Assembly (NCBI GenBank): GCA_046595315.1
Contig: JBKJOZ010000377.1
Coordinates: 1 to 55,287, forward strand
Reading direction: 5' to 3'
DNA: 55,287 nucleotides
Source: Limisphaerales bacterium
GTDB lineage: Bacteria > Verrucomicrobiota > Verrucomicrobiia > Limisphaerales > CANJXF01
Part shown: one piece after another, positions 53,021 through 55,287 of the stretch
How positions within the stretch are numbered: position 1 is the stretch's first letter
Layout of the letters: each line of letters opens with the position of its first letter
The notes under the pieces: generated by a model
Database searches by the model: none
What the model was told of the DNA's origin: nothing
What the model saw: only the letters and a program-made list of their open reading frames with translations
Made by a program: the position numbers and the translations under genes

Positions 53021-53428
53021 TCAAACCACCTTCACATTTTGCAACTGTTCCATCGCGTTTTGCACTCCTTGGAGTGAATGAAGCATTTGCGCGCGCATCT
53101 CATCGGTGGGCGGAACTTTGGGGTCGTTGATCAACTTCGACATTTCTTCGAGAAGCACGGGTGTCCGCTTTTGCAAACTCGCCATCTGCTTTTCCCAAAT
53201 CAACTTCTTATTCGCGCATTTCAACAAATCGGTTAGGTAATCAATATCTTCCCGCGTCGTTCTGCGTCCCTCGTGTTTTACGTTCACTGCGTCCAACTCG
53301 GCTTTCAAATCGGTGATTGTTTTCTGGCAACGTTCGATATCTGCGACCAACGTTTGGAGATCCAAAATAACCTGGCGCTGTTGCACGGCGCTTTTTTCGA
53401 TCAATTGCTTGAGTGACATAGAATTCAA
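53021..53428 (-). CDS. Hypothetical coiled-coil protein
   Basis: 135 aa with heptad-like, charged composition. No family was recognised. Confidence 0.4.
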   Translation of the reverse strand: MNSMSLKQLIEKSAVQQRQVILDLQTLVADIERCQKTITDLKAELDAVNVKHEGRRTTREDIDYLTDLLKCANKKLIWEKQMASLQKRTPVLLEEMSKLINDPKVPPTDEMRAQMLHSLQGVQNAMEQLQNVKVV

Positions 53429-53502
53429 CGACCTTTTTCGCCACGTCTGTCAGCTGGCGTGCTGCATCTGTGACAGGTGCAAGTTAAAGTGGTCGTAACA
53501 AC

Positions 53503-54396
53503 TTATTGGCCCGCTCCACTTTTAGAGGGAACAGGAGGAGCAAGTGCGGGAACTGGAGCAACCACAGGCGTCGCGGCACCAGTGGGATTTTGCGGAAAAT
53601 TTTCCATTAAATAAGTTACGAGCGAATCAATTTGTTCTTTCTTCAATGGGCCACCGTCTTTCTCGCCAAAAGCTGGCATCAACGAACCGGGGCGACCGTA
53701 GGTAATCCAGTTAATCCAATATGCTTGATCGCGAGGAGCCTTGGGCGCGCGCAAATCAGCCACCATCGGCGCGCGGTGCGGTGTGTCATGGCAAATGCCG
53801 CAGTCCGCCGCAAAAAGTTCCTTGCCCATTTTTCCAACACCTTTGTCCACATGACAGGAACGGCAATCACCTTGAAATACAACCTGCCGATCCGCTTTGG
53901 CTTTTTCCATGTTGGCATTACGATCACCGCGAAGATTTTCGGCGGCGGTGACGGGCGCGGGCGGTGCAATGTTCACATTGACGAGCAACGCCTTGGATCC
54001 ATCCGTTGAGGTGACCGTGACCTGCTTTGTGACGCGCCCCTGCTTGCCCACCAGATTCATCGTCACTTTAATTTCGCCCGTCGCTCCTGGCGCGATCGGC
54101 CATGGTTGTTTTGGCAGTTGCGCAACGGTGCAACCACAGGAAGTCAGTGCGCTGTTAATAACCACTTCCGCCGGAGAAACATTGGTAAAAGTAAAAGCAA
54201 ATGGCGCGCTTACTTCGCCGGGTTTAGCATCGTAATCCTGGCTTTCAGAACTCCAGACCAGCGCCGGAGCTTTAGGTGCGGCGGGAACAATCGCTGGCGG
54301 TATCGGCGCAACTCCCGAAAGATTGGGAGCCGTCTGTGCCAAAAGCGTTCCAACCAGACTGAAACTTAAAAAAATTGTAGCGGCCATTGAATTCAT
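53503..54396 (-). CDS. Secreted DUF1573-domain protein fused to a c-type cytochrome domain (two CxxCH sites)
   Basis: 297 aa with a signal peptide. The DUF1573-like block is FAFTFTNVSPAEVVINSALTSCGCTVAQLP. Haem-binding motifs are CRSCH and CGICH. The C-terminal tail is Pro/Ala-rich. Confidence 0.75.
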   Translation of the reverse strand: MNSMAATIFLSFSLVGTLLAQTAPNLSGVAPIPPAIVPAAPKAPALVWSSESQDYDAKPGEVSAPFAFTFTNVSPAEVVINSALTSCGCTVAQLPKQPWPIAPGATGEIKVTMNLVGKQGRVTKQVTVTSTDGSKALLVNVNIAPPAPVTAAENLRGDRNANMEKAKADRQVVFQGDCRSCHVDKGVGKMGKELFAADCGICHDTPHRAPMVADLRAPKAPRDQAYWINWITYGRPGSLMPAFGEKDGGPLKKEQIDSLVTYLMENFPQNPTGAATPVVAPVPALAPPVPSKSGAGQ

Positions 54397-54453
54397 AATC
54401 GCGCAAAAGATACCAAACTCGTCGCAGAATTAAAGCACCTTTTGACCCGGTTT

Positions 54454-55278
54454 TCACTGGATGACAGGCGGAAGTTCCGGACGCGTTTGAGCCGGTCGCG
54501 ACTGGAACCAGGCCAAGCGGTTGGGTTTGGCTTGAAACCGTTGCGTGGCAACATCGCGGAAACGCGTTCGCAAATTCCGCTTTGCCCAGTTGATGAAAAT
54601 TAAATTATTGATCACGCAAAGGCTCAGCCAATAAAGCAACACAACCGTTTCGTCCCAATGAAAACTGGAGAGCAGTGAGGCGGCTCCGGCAATTGTCAGG
54701 GACAAAAGGAACACCATCCACGGCAGAACGAGAATGCGGCCGATGGCGGCGTTGCTCGCGCGATTGACTTTCCGGCTGGTCAAGGCGACCCACATGCTGA
54801 CCCAGCTCAACGCAAACAAATCCATTACGAACACGCCTATTCCAGCGAGCCAAAGCACAATCCAGAAGATTCGTTCGTCGCCGCGATTGAGGCTTTGATT
54901 TTTCAATCCCAAATAAAGAAAAAGAAAATCAATAACGAGAACACAGATTACAGGCCCTGCAAATTGCCGGAAAAGCGCCAAACGTTGTCCGCGCAAAATT
55001 TCCTCAACGCTCAACGGTGTGGATAGCAAAAGTTCAAGCGCGCTGTTTTTCCGGTCTTCCACGAGGCGATAGCACGCTTCAGAAGCGAGCCAGAATTTCA
55101 AAATGACGTGCAGGACAATCGCGGTGAAAATGTAATTGGGGATCTCCAGCCAATTGCGCGGCCATTTGGCCAGGCCCCAAAGCCAGAGGAGCGCCAGCAT
55201 AAAAAGTGTCGCCCAGACAAAGGTTGTCTTCATCGGGTCGCGCGCGGCGAGCCAAAGGAAGGGATTAATTTCCAGCAA
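54454..55278 (-). CDS. Polytopic membrane protein, ABC-2-permease-like; may extend beyond the window edge
   Basis: 274 aa from Met 55278, and the frame stays open to nt 55287. It has about 6 TM segments. The block NSALELLLSTPLSVEEILRGQRLA resembles ABC-2 family permeases. Confidence 0.5.
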   Translation of the reverse strand: MLEINPFLWLAARDPMKTTFVWATLFMLALLWLWGLAKWPRNWLEIPNYIFTAIVLHVILKFWLASEACYRLVEDRKNSALELLLSTPLSVEEILRGQRLALFRQFAGPVICVLVIDFLFLYLGLKNQSLNRGDERIFWIVLWLAGIGVFVMDLFALSWVSMWVALTSRKVNRASNAAIGRILVLPWMVFLLSLTIAGAASLLSSFHWDETVVLLYWLSLCVINNLIFINWAKRNLRTRFRDVATQRFQAKPNRLAWFQSRPAQTRPELPPVIQ

Positions 55279-55287
55279 ACGAGTGCG

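Noticed and set aside
1-55287. A search by eye for CRISPR arrays, tRNA/rRNA genes, IS elements, integrases, toxin-antitoxin pairs or known defence-system genes.
   Set aside because: Nothing found. Coding density is very high and every sizeable intergenic gap (4707-4869, 27073-27283, 33428-33683, 40418-40607) lacks repeat arrays or RNA-gene-like structure that I could recognise. A covariance-model scan (Infernal/Rfam, tRNAscan-SE) would be needed to exclude small RNAs.

Overview
The 55.3-kb window is almost entirely coding, with about 48 CDS. By eye I found no rRNA, tRNA, CRISPR array, IS element, transposase or integrase. GC looks near 50%. Most start codons lack a clear Shine-Dalgarno and sit behind A/T-rich leaders. 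Many neighbouring genes overlap as ATGA or TAATG, which suggests translational coupling.

Housekeeping genes flank the window. On the left are a 5'-truncated leuS and a Bcp-type peroxiredoxin. On the right are a receiver protein, a Gre-factor-like protein, a DUF1573-cytochrome c protein and an ABC-2-like membrane protein.

The core (about 2.8-51.8 kb) is a very large surface-glycan/exopolysaccharide super-locus made of tightly packed operons:
- (i) + strand, 4870-17920: acyltransferase_3, Wzm/Wzt ABC exporter, an ATP-grasp-like protein, a sphingosine-1-phosphate-lyase-family PLP enzyme, a 731-aa class-V-PLP-fold protein, GT4, an MBOAT with a DltD/AlgX-like partner, GT4.
- (ii) - strand, 27072-17917: GT4, an O-antigen ligase/polymerase-like protein, a membrane GT2, a deacetylase-like unknown, GT2, GT4, a small secreted protein, a large polyprenyl-phosphate sugar transferase.
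- (iii) + strand, 27284-33155: a secreted 1059-aa WD40/Ig-like protein and a GH9 glycoside hydrolase.
- (iv) + strand, 36435-51830: GT4, udk, a small PGT, a degenerate NTP-transferase/LbH/pseudo-PGT fusion, then a nine-gene block of STAS, a fused RsbW-kinase/GAF/PP2C protein, a receiver, an AP-superfamily phosphodiesterase, an NRPS-like A-T-TE, Wzx, GT2, an unknown and GT4.

A small stress-type island (33167-36346; PRC-barrel and YqjD/E/K-like proteins) interrupts the locus.

The most novel-looking parts are:
- the SypA/SypE-like partner switch co-transcribed with a condensation-free A-T-TE whose TE nucleophile is Cys;
- the PLP/ATP-grasp trio coupled to a Wzt that carries a C-terminal glycan-binding-type extension;
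- the PGT plus pseudo-PGT pair.

The taxon guess (Verrucomicrobiota/Planctomycetota-like) is inference only. All family assignments come from motif recognition by eye and need HMM/BLAST confirmation.
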